A DNA stretch of 62,647 nucleotides. Origin: Phoronis australis. Its lineage: Eukaryota > Animalia > Phoronida. Of this stretch, positions 53,501 through 62,647 are shown piece by piece (within the stretch, counting starts at the first letter, position 1; every line of letters starts with the position of its first letter). The position numbers and the translations under genes were made by a program. The DNA is taken from contig NMRA01000071.1 of the NCBI GenBank assembly GCA_002633005.1, positions 649,264-711,910 of the forward strand. The letters are read 5' to 3'. Under the pieces are notes generated by a model, which had not been told where the DNA came from, did not search any database, and saw only the letters and a list, made by a program, of their open reading frames with translations.

Positions 53501-56500
53501 GGAGCCGTCACGTGACTGGAATGTAATCTTAGAATATAGTTTTAGTTTATTTTGTTACAGAAAATCCAATTTTGTACTTGCAGCTGAACATAACAAATTT
53601 AGTTAATTCTTCATGTTGGCCTCCTAGCATTAAGGTTACGTGATAAACTACTTGTCAATTGTTATAACATTGTTGGTTTTACTCAGACCAGCTTGTAAAA
53701 CTAAATCCCGCCAAATCCATCCACCCTCTTCTCAATTGTAATTTTAAAGAAGCATACAACATGAAAGTTCGTCAAAATATCATTTTAACAATTCCTGACG
53801 AAATTACAGTCTTGCAACGTCTAGGACTGAGTAATTCATTTTCCGCTTTGAAGAAATTTCCAGAAAAAAACACGATTTTTAAAATACGCACGAAGGAAAA
53901 ACTCTGTGGTTACCACAGAATTTCTAATCTCCCTCCTACCTGTGATACATGCGCGCATACGCTCACAGTCAGTTGCTTGAAGTTGCAAAGATCACCTTTT
54001 CCATATCATGGAAATGTGCTCGTCTATGTCATGTCATACCAAATAAGGGCACATGCTATGCTTTGTAGGAGAAAATTGACGAGTTGCAAGCAGCGGACAG
54101 ATCGTTTTTTTGAAATTTGAAACTAAAAGAAAACGCTTTTATTGTATATCAACAGAAATTAACAATATCTATGAACAAAACCTAAAATATCCGGTGAGCA
54201 GGTTGAATTCTGTTTCAGTAGCAGTGAACCTCTTTGAATATTGCAATTTAGTCTGTTTATCCCGTTCCATACCTCTTTAAGGAACTGGAAATTTTTCAAC
54301 AGCCAATTTATAAGAGATTAAATTTCTTACCTCTACAATGACCGTTCACCACTGACTTAACTGTTGTATTTGACTGGAAAACCAATGACTTTTCTTTTCT
54401 TGAGCTTAATATTTTTCTTGGCTTTTTTGATTGTCTGATATTTGGAGCTTACGCTTGGAGCATTTCTGTTACTTGGGAACATGCTCGTAACCAATAATTG
54501 TCATTCTTACCGTGAATTCCAGCTGAACCCTTTCACACCCTGATACACGGGGAGGTGTGTCTTATTATCCAGTCCAAATGCGTGGTCAAACGCACGTGTT
54601 CATATGAAGCCTTTATGATAAGTAACCTGTACCCTTTACAATTTGAAAGTACCTTTAGTTTAGTGAATGACATTACTAGATCGAGTGAGTCTAAGGTTCC
54701 AAAACCATGCAGGCGTGATCTTGTAATCATATAGGATTTTAGGTCAAGCGTAACCGAGGTGCTCGTATTTACATACAGTGTACATGCATGTGTATGATAA
54801 CGGTGTACAGAAAAGAACGAATATCGTATCAAATGATCATGTCCAATGGCACTCGTAGTAGTTCTGGTGTTCTCGTCATTATTCTTAGGCACGAAGTACT
54901 TTATTTCTGCACATGCGCCACCTTCAATCATAACAACAAGTCATGTGACTTAATTTCAACAGAAACGTCGACTGCCAGAAACCTTTTTGATTGCACGCTT
55001 AGACAGGAGTTATAGTACACGACGAGAATCGAGAATTATGTGACGTAAGCCTATCAATGATCACACCTGCCAGGTTGAAACCGTTTGTTTAATCCATCAC
55101 AAAATGTTCCTGCTGTTGTAATTGATGTGGACTGATATGCAGATATGAAACACATTCGATGGATAAGTTGAGATTACGAAAATACTCGAGGTGCTCCAGA
55201 TTTCCCAGTATCTTTCTCATGTGACAGGCGACACAAAGTAATGCTATACACAAGTTAATCATTAGAAATTAATGATATCGTAATAAAGTAACTTGTCAGG
55301 AAAACTGCAAACATATTTTTGACGTGCGTTGCTGTATGTATAAGACGAGTACAACTTGTGTTCACAATAGCAAATGTACATGAGGGGTACAGTAGGTGGA
55401 GCTTCGCGTATATCCAGTTTAGGCGCTTGTGTCGATACGCGAGACCAGTATTTAAACCGAGAATGATTTTAATATATTGTCACTATAACTCATTTGATAT
55501 CCGTTACAATGCAATAGGTGCTTCAGAGAAGTATAGAGAACGGGCAAAATACTCACAAAATCTTCAATTAAGGCAAGCTCTCACGCAAATGACGGATGCC
55601 TGGTCTTCGTAAGAATTGTTGTGACACATCGTCGCACTCGACACATACTGCCGCCCATGCGACACTATGTGTCGGCGTTCACGATATATATCGGCGGTAA
55701 GAGTCGAGTGTGACGATATTTGCGTCAACATCATGAGTGACACATATTGTCGCCCCTCAAACATCAACTTACACTCACCAAACTCAAATGCCCGTATGTC
55801 ACAGATACTGAGTTGGTCGACAGTATTGCTGTAACTGATAATTTGAACGCTGATAAATCGACCGACGATCGGTTGGTCGCAGTATACATTGACAGTTTCG
55901 CCGGACAAATACCCTCCTGCAACCATCCGGCAGAGGTCGTTCTTGTGAAAGGCGCTACTGTGTCCTATTCTCAGTTCCACATTTCTGAACATCTTCTCTA
56001 AATGACCAAAAGTAAAATAAAATGAAGGCCAATTTTTGACTAACAAGGGTCGAAATTCTGCCATCCAACAAACAGCAACAAAATATCCATTTTATTAATC
56101 CGATTCAATTCTGGCTGGATCTCGAAAATATCTCGATTGGAGTAGCTCCATGCACGTTGTCGTCAGTACATTTTATAAATAAAAATAACGGCGAGGAAAA
56201 ATAACTGCAAATTAAAATCCGACAAATGTTTCACAAACGTGCTTTTTCATTAGTGCAAAATCTCGATATAGCTGCCAAATATTTCTGGCAAGCAGTTGAT
56301 ACAAGTTTGAAAGCATCTGGCGGAGTTGTTCGGAAGACTTTAAATGATTTTGAAAACTGCTATACACCCAGCCGTGCCATATTGTTGGAATATAATTGAA
56401 CAAGTGCCGCAATGGATGTGGACATCGCCGAATCGAAAAATACTATATGCCTAAAAGAAAATGGCGATGTTTCAATATTATTTCGTAATCTTAATTCTGA

Positions 56501-57397
56501 CTCAAAAATAAGATGAACTAAAACTTTTTCAATGCGTATCAGGTAAAGCAGTACGTCTGCATACTGTTAAGGTTCTAAACGGCATGAACAAAATGAACCT
56601 TACCTCCTGTTCCATGTCCAATAGTTATCACCAAATTGTAGATCTCATAGTCTTTGCTGAGGTCTAGCAAGAACCATGGGTTCTTCTCCCTGTTGGTCAT
56701 TGCGCACGACCACGAGGTGTCGGACCGAGCGTCCACCGCACGTGCAGCTTCGTGAGTCTGACTTGCGGTGCTAGACAACGACGCATTTTTACCAAAGGCA
56801 ACGTTTTCTGAACGAAATAAAAATATGTTCACATTTTTACAAATACAAGACTGCGCGTCGATGGATGCGTATAGGCGTAAATGTGGTCATTTCGAATGGA
56901 AAACTTTCCGACTGAAGAAATGAGCACTCCATTCTACCAATGAAAGAAACTCATTTTGCAACGACAGGAACTTGTCTTCCAAAACCGTGACATGGTTACA
57001 AAACAACTGTGAGGGGCACCGGGAAATAAATAATAATTCAATGTTTTACATAGCGTTGAATGATTTTTTGCGACGGTTTTACGTGAAAGGTAATGGTATA
57101 TACCACAAAAAATTACAAACATAAAAATTTCGTAAGGGGACGCGACCCCAGCTTGGAATACTTTCTCGTGTACACCCATCTCCTAACGTAGAAACGCCTA
57201 TAACTAATTCAACTGTGCCAATGTACATGTAATCTACTTTATTTTTACGTTGATCAGCGCCATGGTTGTTCACAAGTCACACATCACGTAGAACAGATAC
57301 ACTGTTAATCATGGTGATTGTAAAAATAGGACCTACCAGCATTTGATAGTCCGCGCAAAGTAAATATGAATAAAATCAAGAAAAACGCCTTCTCCAT
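17048..57397 (-). CDS. Polycystin-1-like (PKD1L/REJ family) receptor, 33 exons, about 4,244 aa
   Basis: Hand-built exons, all AG/GT and phase-consistent, total 12,735 nt: 57337-57397, 56604-56807, 55779-55997, 53129-53241, 51119-51302, 50038-50157, 47642-47821, 46650-46854, 45152-45381, 38296-44212, 37750-37919, 36844-37002, 35759-36042, 35108-35239, 34446-34607, 33308-33398, 33006-33085, 30968-31198 (donor uncertain), 30023-30727, 29266-29499, 28654-28824, 27652-27809, 26499-26800, 25641-26173, 25358-25514, 24298-24509, 23559-23733, 22944-23408, 22317-22538, 19739-19891, 18797-19107, 17889-17978, 17048-17152. Confidence 0.88.
17724..17880. repeat. 23-bp intronic minisatellite, about 6 copies
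   Basis: Unit gctcaccacctgtttattgagtg. Confidence 0.9.
18797..24509 (-). CDS. PKD1-like exons 26-31: polycystin TOP domain and channel-like TM region
   Basis: Motifs DFWEWL, VRLRQLRV, YSGNGY, WIDRQTRVVFVEFTVFNMNVNLF, YFKQPWNVVN and RFLRILKF, followed by the final hydrophobic helices. Confidence 0.92.
19252..19285. repeat. (ATACA)n microsatellite
   Basis: Seen directly. Confidence 0.9.
20480..20590. repeat. (CA)n followed by (TG/TA)n microsatellite
   Basis: Seen directly; explains the spurious HT/CV ORFs. Confidence 0.9.
20715..20813. repeat. Intronic hairpin with 46-bp arms, weakly extendable to ~20690-20836
   Basis: ctcaggtttatgacatgggcaaaacgtcttggaaatttcgtcaagc pairs with gtttgaccaaatttccaagaggttttgcccatgtcataaatctgag; 4 mismatches. 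Confidence 0.85.
21931..22001. mobile_element. Tiny MITE (CATGGGCG... termini); same family as 61978-62113
   Basis: catgggcggcgcaccatagggg...ttttttcagtgct is the reverse complement of 62054-62113. Confidence 0.7.
22218..22286. repeat. 34-bp tandem duplication
   Basis: cttgcagcgtcatggacttataac.ctacgtcat x2. Confidence 0.85.
24594..24797. repeat. 21-bp intronic minisatellite, about 10 copies
   Basis: Unit aatccaaaccttcaaactaac. Confidence 0.95.
25358..26800 (-). CDS. PKD1-like exons 23-25: PLAT end and TM2-TM5
   Basis: Motifs CNKWLS, HLVFSVASRPVSSTFSRVQRLSC, LPFWVIYIGW, LYSFEWGGEKSRGWL and VNPLKVLLLAAVFSLI. Confidence 0.92.
27434..27592. mobile_element. MITE of the CAGGG(GC)GGATCC...ATCCGCC(T/C)(A/C)TG type
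   Basis: cagggaaggatccaggattt ... aaatccgcctatg imperfect TIRs with G-runs. Confidence 0.5.
27652..29499 (-). CDS. PKD1-like exons 20-22: GPS end, TM1 and PLAT/LH2 domain
   Basis: FVPPNTIDF, TM1 (VVASICTVIGVYLVMIFVC), SVFTG...ATKSNV, FRRGAVDNF, LRIWHDNQG...SWFL. Confidence 0.92.
27880..28087. repeat. 34-bp intronic minisatellite, about 6 copies
   Basis: Unit ctctacccagtgaaccatctgcacgaaccacttg. Confidence 0.92.
30023..37919 (-). CDS. PKD1-like exons 11-19: REJ module and GAIN/GPS region
   Basis: CIENC, NLPPIGGKCAVTPQQG, FTVECEGWKD, LLLPTG...VIDEFGA, FRVNPF and CSRWD...W...C. Confidence 0.85.
35441..35529. repeat. Tandem duplication, 48-bp period
   Basis: aagttcttcacccttgaataacacat.tcttggatacagaa x2. 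Confidence 0.85.
37185..37702. repeat. Degenerate (CAC/ACC)n low-complexity tract in intron 11
   Basis: Strongly C/A-biased; produces spurious Pro/Thr ORFs. Confidence 0.8.
38296..44212 (-). CDS. PKD1-like exon 10 (5,917 nt): about 17 PKD/PKD-like Ig-fold domains and start of REJ
   Basis: Within the 1998-aa ORF. Repeated (I/D)FGDG/YNDG...H.Y..PG.Y.V.V.A.N.VS units. REJ start with SSDPD and FSWDC. Acceptor ccaatag|GA, donor AT|gtaagt. Confidence 0.93.
45152..46854 (-). CDS. PKD1-like exons 8-9: C-type lectin-like domain
   Basis: CGEGW...CY...EADRTC...LASIVSSHEQ | VMIGL...WSWIDG...ILCK. The phase 2 junction matches. Confidence 0.85.
45890..46261 (-). mobile_element. Penelope-like element remnant (GIY-YIG endonuclease) in the C-type lectin intron
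   Basis: KEKV...SGIVYCIHC...CDRAYLEETKQPISKRMYQH...SAA, then ILDEESTWFER, follows the PLE endonuclease pattern. Confidence 0.8.
47642..50157 (-). CDS. PKD1-like exons 6-7: Link (Xlink) module
   Basis: ETQARCAKFAPGARWANYDDLVSAHKQ|GFGYCGPGWV...Y.V....PSC...GVLSW...YDVFC matches the Link consensus EA..C...GA.LA...L..A...G...C..GW...Y......C..GV......YDVYC. Confidence 0.75.
48129..48299. mobile_element. TTAA-flanked MITE (Kolobok/T2-like; TTAA|AGG...CCT|TTAA)
   Basis: About 45-bp imperfect TIRs aggcgaaggcaacctttttatgtca / tgacatgaaaaaaggttgcttttgcct. TTAA at 48129-48132 and 48296-48299. A longer relative starts at 62336. Confidence 0.85.
48315..48690. repeat. About 38-45-bp diverged minisatellite with an exact recent ~85-bp dimer duplication
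   Basis: Repeating gtgattaagatatacgtcc.tcagaca units; 48338-48422 is repeated at 48423-48507. Confidence 0.85.
51119..53241 (-). CDS. PKD1-like exons 4-5: SRCR domain
   Basis: VRLEYGGEFGSYGRLEVYDANTWGAAC...|FICSKLGY...VRWGDVWCKGSESRINEC...C..IAIDC. Confidence 0.85.
51645..53000 (-). mobile_element. Decayed Penelope-like element in partial tandem, within the SRCR intron
   Basis: GIY-YIG C-terminus VAE....*HAILWDNIRVLDSETDWIKR (~52870-52963), followed by PLE N-terminal motifs LTFLMQCRENNVVP (~52645-52685), LSKGQNFA (~52270-52296) and YLKPKIH (~51705-51725). Confidence 0.65.
55779..56807 (-). CDS. PKD1-like exons 2-3: F-type lectin (fucolectin/FTP) fold
   Basis: ENVAFGKNASLSS...AARAVD...C.MT..EKNPWFLLDL | VELRIG...C...C..PIVGRFISVQ...LSICDI. 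Confidence 0.85.
57337..57397 (-). CDS. PKD1-like exon 1: signal peptide
   Basis: MEKAFFLILFIFTLRGLSNA plus G|gtagg; phase 1 joins exon 2 (ENVA). Confidence 0.75.
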
Positions 57398-59130
57398 AAT
57401 CGCAATGTCTCGAAGGGCGTCAGACTCGACCGCCTCCGTGATTAACAGTAGTTCGTTGCGTTATGCAGTTCCCTGTTAAGTACCCGGCGATAAGTTTTTT
57501 ATTTTCCCACATAATTAGTACCAGGATTCGTCAAGAATACAAATTGAAAAATGGTATACTTGTTGACTTGGTGAATAAAAGATGATGTTAAATGTCATAT
57601 GAAGGGAAGATATTCAAGCGTTGAACTCCCATACGTCCACATTAACTGTGCGACTTGCCTTACAATACAAGACACATTAATACATTTTTAAAGTGTTGCC
57701 AGCAATTCAATTAAACCGTGAAATCAGTTGCTTAACAACCAGCAATTGTTCTGTGTCACATTCTATCATTTTTTTCAAGGGAGGATGTTAGACGTCGCTA
57801 ACGACTTCACTCGGTTGAGAATTATTGATACAAATCGATATCACTCTTTCATTATTGATACTATATTTGAACGAAACTTTTATCGACACTTGTTGGAATC
57901 ATATATTATAGACAGCAGATTAACAACTCCGACATTTTCTTGCGTACTATCGTAGAGGATGCGGCACTCTCCTACATAACCAATTTCAGTTTCCAGTTAG
58001 TATATTGTGACGGGAAATTCTCGATTCTATATTTTTACTGTCCAGTACCACGAAAAAATAATTTCGGCATTGAAACGCTGTTCAAAATCTTCCAATAATA
58101 GACCTGTTGATATCGTGAGTACTTTTGGCACCTTACCACACAACAGCCAACCATGATTAGCAGACGAAGTACTTGCCGGAAGTAAAAATTGCTAATATTG
58201 CCAGGTGTCGCTAGTGAATAATGACGTCACCTGGTATGCGTAAAATCACAGATTTGGTCTATTGAAAATATACGGAACTGGCGGCCCATGTACTATAGTC
58301 AACGTTGGAATAGAATAAACAAGTGTGCTTGAATGAACTGAGATTCTTTTCCCATGCCCTACTCATAAACATAAAAACTACGCCTGAATCTCTGTTTACG
58401 AGGTTATTATGTTCAATGTGTTCATTCATGATCACCGCGTGTGCGCATGCCTGGCTGTTCCGGATATGAAGCGTCAAGAAAAGTGGAACAATATTCCACG
58501 AGTTCCTAATTGGTCCGTGTGTTGTTTCTTTCAGTCCAGGTTCCATTGACTTTAGCATCTGGAACCATGTTTGTATGTGGTTTCACTGAAAGCCACAGAC
58601 CGGAACCAATTATGACACTTTCTTTGGAAAAGACAGAAAATCAAAGTGCAGAAGTGTGCTCTTTCTGGGTTTGTTGTGTAGTTACAAGGCGTACTTTTGG
58701 CAACGAATCACGAGAGAGATAGAAACTGAAATCGGCTATTCCTAACAATGAACTATCCTGCTGACCTGTCAATAGCCGAAGCGATGACGATTTTCAGTTC
58801 AACTGTCGATAAGTAGTAATTTATGATCTTCATTTAAGCAATGGCTTCAGGGACAGGAAATAAAACGAATAAATTGAACTGTGATGCAGCCGCCGAGAAA
58901 GTATCAGTGTTCGTACAACTGTGATCCAGCAGCACAGACGCAGTTTTGCTATTCAGCCGCCTACACGCTTTGTGTGCGGTATGCAACTCAATCAAATCGT
59001 CTGTAGATATTGCTTGCTCACTAATATTCTGTTTTTTTCATCATCTTGTCCTCATTGAGAGCTCCTCTATTTATTCAGAAATTTCATCTGAAAACTGAGC
59101 CCTCATTTACATGTAAATCAGCAAAGAGAG

Positions 59131-59222
59131 GGACTGAGACCTAGTAACTGTATATGAACAGGACTGAGACCTAGTAACTGTATATGAACAGGACTGAGAC
59201 CTAGTAACTGTATATGAACAGG
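59131..59222. repeat. 30-bp perfect tandem repeat x3
   Basis: Unit ggactgagacctagtaactgtatatgaaca. Confidence 0.95.
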
Positions 59223-59489
59223 TCTCTATTTATTTTCGATGATATTGAGAATTCTGCTAAAAAACAAATGTCGCTGTTTGTCAAAGATAAACAATTGACA
59301 CAGCAATGAAGATAATATGTCATAACAGAGGATAATCAGTGTTTGTACAAAGTCCACAAGTGCGCTGAAAATTCAGGGGACATAATATATTCCCTATATT
59401 GCTGGGCTAAAGTGTAACTGAAACGGATACACCATTACTCACATTTATCTTTTACACAATTTTACTCTTTCAATAGTTGGTTAAAATGA

Positions 59490-59499
59490 GGGATTTCCC
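59490..59499. promoter_or_regulatory. Consensus NF-kB-type site about 2.1 kb upstream of the PKD1-like ATG
   Basis: GGGATTTCCC fits GGGRNWYYCC. A near-match GGGAAATTCT lies at 58012-58021, and CRE palindromes TGACGTCA at 58222 and 60154. Motif match only. Confidence 0.25.
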
Positions 59500-61469
59500 C
59501 TGACTTAGTCCCCAATCTTCAGACGCGTAAAAAGAACAGCAAATCAAATGTCCAATTATGTATCAGTTACCGTAAAGCCGGAAGTAGAGCAAACTGAATT
59601 TAACAACAAATGCAACTCTTGCTTGAAACTTAAATTTATTGCACAAGTACAATACAAAAATAAAATATCTTGACATTGTCATGAGAATCATTTCGATAGT
59701 GGCAGGTCCGCACTGCATAAGTTTAAAACTGGTTTAATAGCGCTTCTCTGCCATGGGTTGCCCTTTGGCTAAATAAACAAATTTATTATCTGAGAAACGC
59801 GTATTGGCAATTTTGAAATTCCTCGCAATCGTGACACATTTGAAAATGTGATTCCGGAGCACAAACTGCACTTGTCTCCATAAGTCGTGGTGTAATACAC
59901 GAACAGATTTTGAAATGCCAAATTAGAAAGTTTCAATTTTGCCGGTTTCAATGTGGTCGCCAACAACGTAATTTCGATTAAATTAAAAAGTAGAACGGAT
60001 TGCCCACCCACGATACACTCTCACGCCAGAGGGCGCTCGCTAACAATGTTGCATTCCAGGGGCAATATATGAACAAAGAATACTGTGACGTAATTACACA
60101 AAAACACAGATGAACTAATATTAATATCACATCTATCTTCACCCTCAAATGGATGACGTCAGAATAATATTGCAGCAGACACGAACCACAAGTTGATGTC
60201 TAAACCAAGCAAAGACCAATCAGGCCATTGACTATCCCAGCCATACAGGCGTATGTGAACTATTTTGAAATGTTTCTTCGGCAACACATGTGCTGCTCCA
60301 CTGAAATGTTTAGTTTGTCGAATATCCATGCATTCTTAAGCAATTCGGCATTTGGTGTCGCAGGAAATTGTACTGCCCTTCAATAAACTTTAGTTTTTTC
60401 ACGCAGCTGTAGATTGCCCAACATGTTCATGCGTAGTCTTGTAGTGACGCAACAGAACCATGCAGGCAGACGAGAAGAATTGATTCAAGTTAGTAAATTA
60501 ATCCCTTCAGTGAGTTTGGTTTCACTTCATAACAAACACTACTGTAAAATAGAACCCCAAAATGACAATAATCTAATTCGACAGAAAGTCAAATTAAAGT
60601 GAAGGGATATTGTAAGCTTCAAAGTTGATGTCTGCGCATGACAAATAAGATCAGTAACGTTCCTTTATAGTACTCTCAATATATGACAGGTTTCTATAAT
60701 ATTATATGTGTATACATGTTTCGAGATTCATGATCCTAATGGCTTTAAAGTTGTCGTCATCATATTGGCGTTTCAGTATCGTTCCAGATCTTCAGTTCTA
60801 TGTGTAGCCTGCAATAAAACAAACAAACTGCAACGAACCTGTGTTCCATCAGGGAAAGCAGCTTTTGATTTATACCACACACCGCTATAAAAATGAATTC
60901 CGTAAACGCACGAATGTCGCGAAGTAAACTAGCGCGAATAAGTCTTTTGCTTGTAATACATTGTGATATTTGAAGACGTTTTCCGATACCTTGCGTTTTT
61001 GCGTGATTCTCGCGTCCAAGGAACGCACGCCGTGTGGTCTCTGCGTGTTCAGTACTCAAACAATAAGAGATTTCCGAGTTCGAAACAACTGATGTGGTAG
61101 CATAAACTGACTCGCCGTTAGCTAATTTGTTGGGTCTGGTCCCGAGCAGTTATATTTCTATTCAAGGAATCCTCTCTCACTTGAGTTACAAACAAGGTAA
61201 GAGAATTGCAAGTGGCTTAAAACATAATCTTGGTTTTGATGGAAGGCAAGTTACATGAGACATTAGAAGTACAATTTGCGGTTTTAGTGCCGAAAAAAGC
61301 ATTTATTGGAAGGAATAGATTTTGTGAAATTATCAGTAATGAACAGATCTGCAAATTAACAAAATCCGTTTTGTTTCGTGATTTTACTTGAAATCAATAA
61401 TTCTCGAAATCATGGTAGATCACCAGTTACATAATACTGCAGCCTCTAGTTAGGTTTACATCCGCTTGC

Positions 61470-61520
61470 ATAGCGTTAGACTCCGACCCCAGGGGTTGCA
61501 GGTTCGATTCCGCGCTAACG
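61470..61520 (+). mobile_element. tRNA-derived SINE head (degenerate)
   Basis: tagcgttagactccgaccccaggggttgcaggttcgattcc gives an anticodon-arm-like segment plus B-box GGTTCGATTCC, with no complete cloverleaf. Confidence 0.5.
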
Positions 61521-61805
61521 TTGATCTCACAAAAAAGTTTTTGTCGGCGATTATGCTCGTGACAGATAGCATTCAAGGAAACCGAGTCCTTACTAAGCTC
61601 GTCATGAACAAACTTGAATTACTCCTAATTTAAAATAGCCATCGTTCTACCAGACCTTAAGTCAATCTTGAATAATGTTTTTAAAACAACCATTTTCAGC
61701 TGGTTTAGTACGCAATTCAGACGCCTAATATTGTGCTAGATCCAACACAGGAATCTTTTCAGAAATTCAAACATTCATTTAGTAGCAGCCGTCCCCAGCC
61801 CATAC

Positions 61806-61919
61806 CGTGGTAGGCGAGGCTTCGTCGTTCTCTGCATTGCGTGGTTCCTCACGCTCCTGGTTGAAAAACGGTATCATAGCCTTGACCTTTGTCCAGAAGT
61901 ACTCAGCCATATTGATATC
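61806..61919 (-). CDS. Near-terminal exon of an upstream tandem PKD1-like paralogue
   Basis: tcatcag|DINMAEYFWTKVKAMIPFFNQEREEPRNAENDEASPTT|gtatgg; 114 nt, phase 0-0. Aligns with exon 32 (DMGMGDYLWRKVTEIIPFF), which is also phase 0-0. Confidence 0.75.
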
Positions 61920-61977
61920 CTGATGATTCAAGAGAAGCACGTGATTAACTAGTCATATTGATATCCTGATGATACAA

Positions 61978-62113
61978 CATGGGTGGCGCAGCACTGAAAA
62001 AAATTTTGGGGGCTATAGCCCCCCAGCCCCCCTTTTGTGCATCGCCCATAGACCATGGGCGCCGGAGCACTGAAAAAAGTGGGGTTATATTCCCCTATGG
62101 TGCGCCGCCCATG
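61978..62113. mobile_element. Dimeric tiny MITE with 5-bp TSD (TACAA)
   Basis: catgggtggcgca...tgcgccgcccatg, flanked by tacaa at 61973-61977 and 62114-62118. The adjacent 46-bp duplicate shows the empty site. Confidence 0.75.
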
Positions 62114-62335
62114 TACAAGAGAGGCACGTGATTAACCAGTCACCTTTCACTGAAACGAGTCTCACGGAGTAATGGGCATTTCAGTCATTAAAATAACCGG
62201 AAACACGGCAGTTTCTAGAACTATTTCTCAATAACAAGTTCTGGTGACGTAGTTTTCATGCAAAACGCAGGGGCCACAAGCATACTAATGAATCGTGAAT
62301 TATTGCTGTTATTGGCTGCGACATCGCACTAATGT

Positions 62336-62647
62336 TTAAAGGCGAAGGCAACCTTTTTCCATGTCATTTTGAGCTAAAATAAGGTTGGTTGGTTATCCTA
62401 GACATATTTTTCACTTAATTACAGCTTTTCGTAATTTTATTAATTACTCGTCCGCTTTTCCGGAAGTGACGTTTTAGGAGGCAAGCGCTTCCCGCCACTT
62501 GGTTTTGCGTTGAGCTTACTGTGCGAATCTGTTCTATTCTACTTTTGTTTTGTGCTATTTTTCACCAATTGTCGCCACCACTTTCCATCGGCGAGTATTC
62601 TGCGGCAAGATAGGTTAGTAGAGAACTCAACTGCGTTGGATTTAGGG
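62336..62647. mobile_element. Longer copy of the TTAA|AGG element, probably extending beyond the window
   Basis: 62336-62452 is the reverse complement of 48185-48299, then continues into sequence absent from the 48.1-kb copy. The far end is not seen. Confidence 0.65.

Noticed and set aside
61470-61520. Functional tRNA gene
   Set aside because: B-box present but no acceptor stem or D-arm; treated as a SINE head.

Overview
Eukaryotic animal DNA, AT-rich with GT-AG introns; the gene families suggest a marine invertebrate (inference). It holds four main components. (1) An intronless Toll-like receptor with two LRRCT clusters on the - strand (579-2810). (2) A TE-rich spacer (about 3.1-16.9 kb) with a decayed L1/Tx1 LINE, which carries a 167-bp palindrome made of two hammerhead-ribozyme-like motifs, plus a CR1/L2 tail and inverted-repeat DNA elements. 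(3) A hand-built 33-exon, about 4,244-aa polycystin-1-like gene on the - strand (17048-57397), with consistent splice phases throughout. Its ectodomain is unusual: signal peptide, F-type lectin, SRCR, Link module, C-type lectin, about 17 PKD-type domains, REJ and a degenerate GPS, followed by TM1, PLAT and a polycystin channel-like region. (4) A penultimate-type exon of a second, tandem polycystin paralogue at 61806-61919. Introns contain Penelope remnants, MITEs, hairpins and many minisatellites. The best candidate for an undescribed system is the polycystin capped with four pattern-recognition-type domains, in a tandem cluster next to a TLR. All domain calls are from motif recognition by eye; no searches were run.
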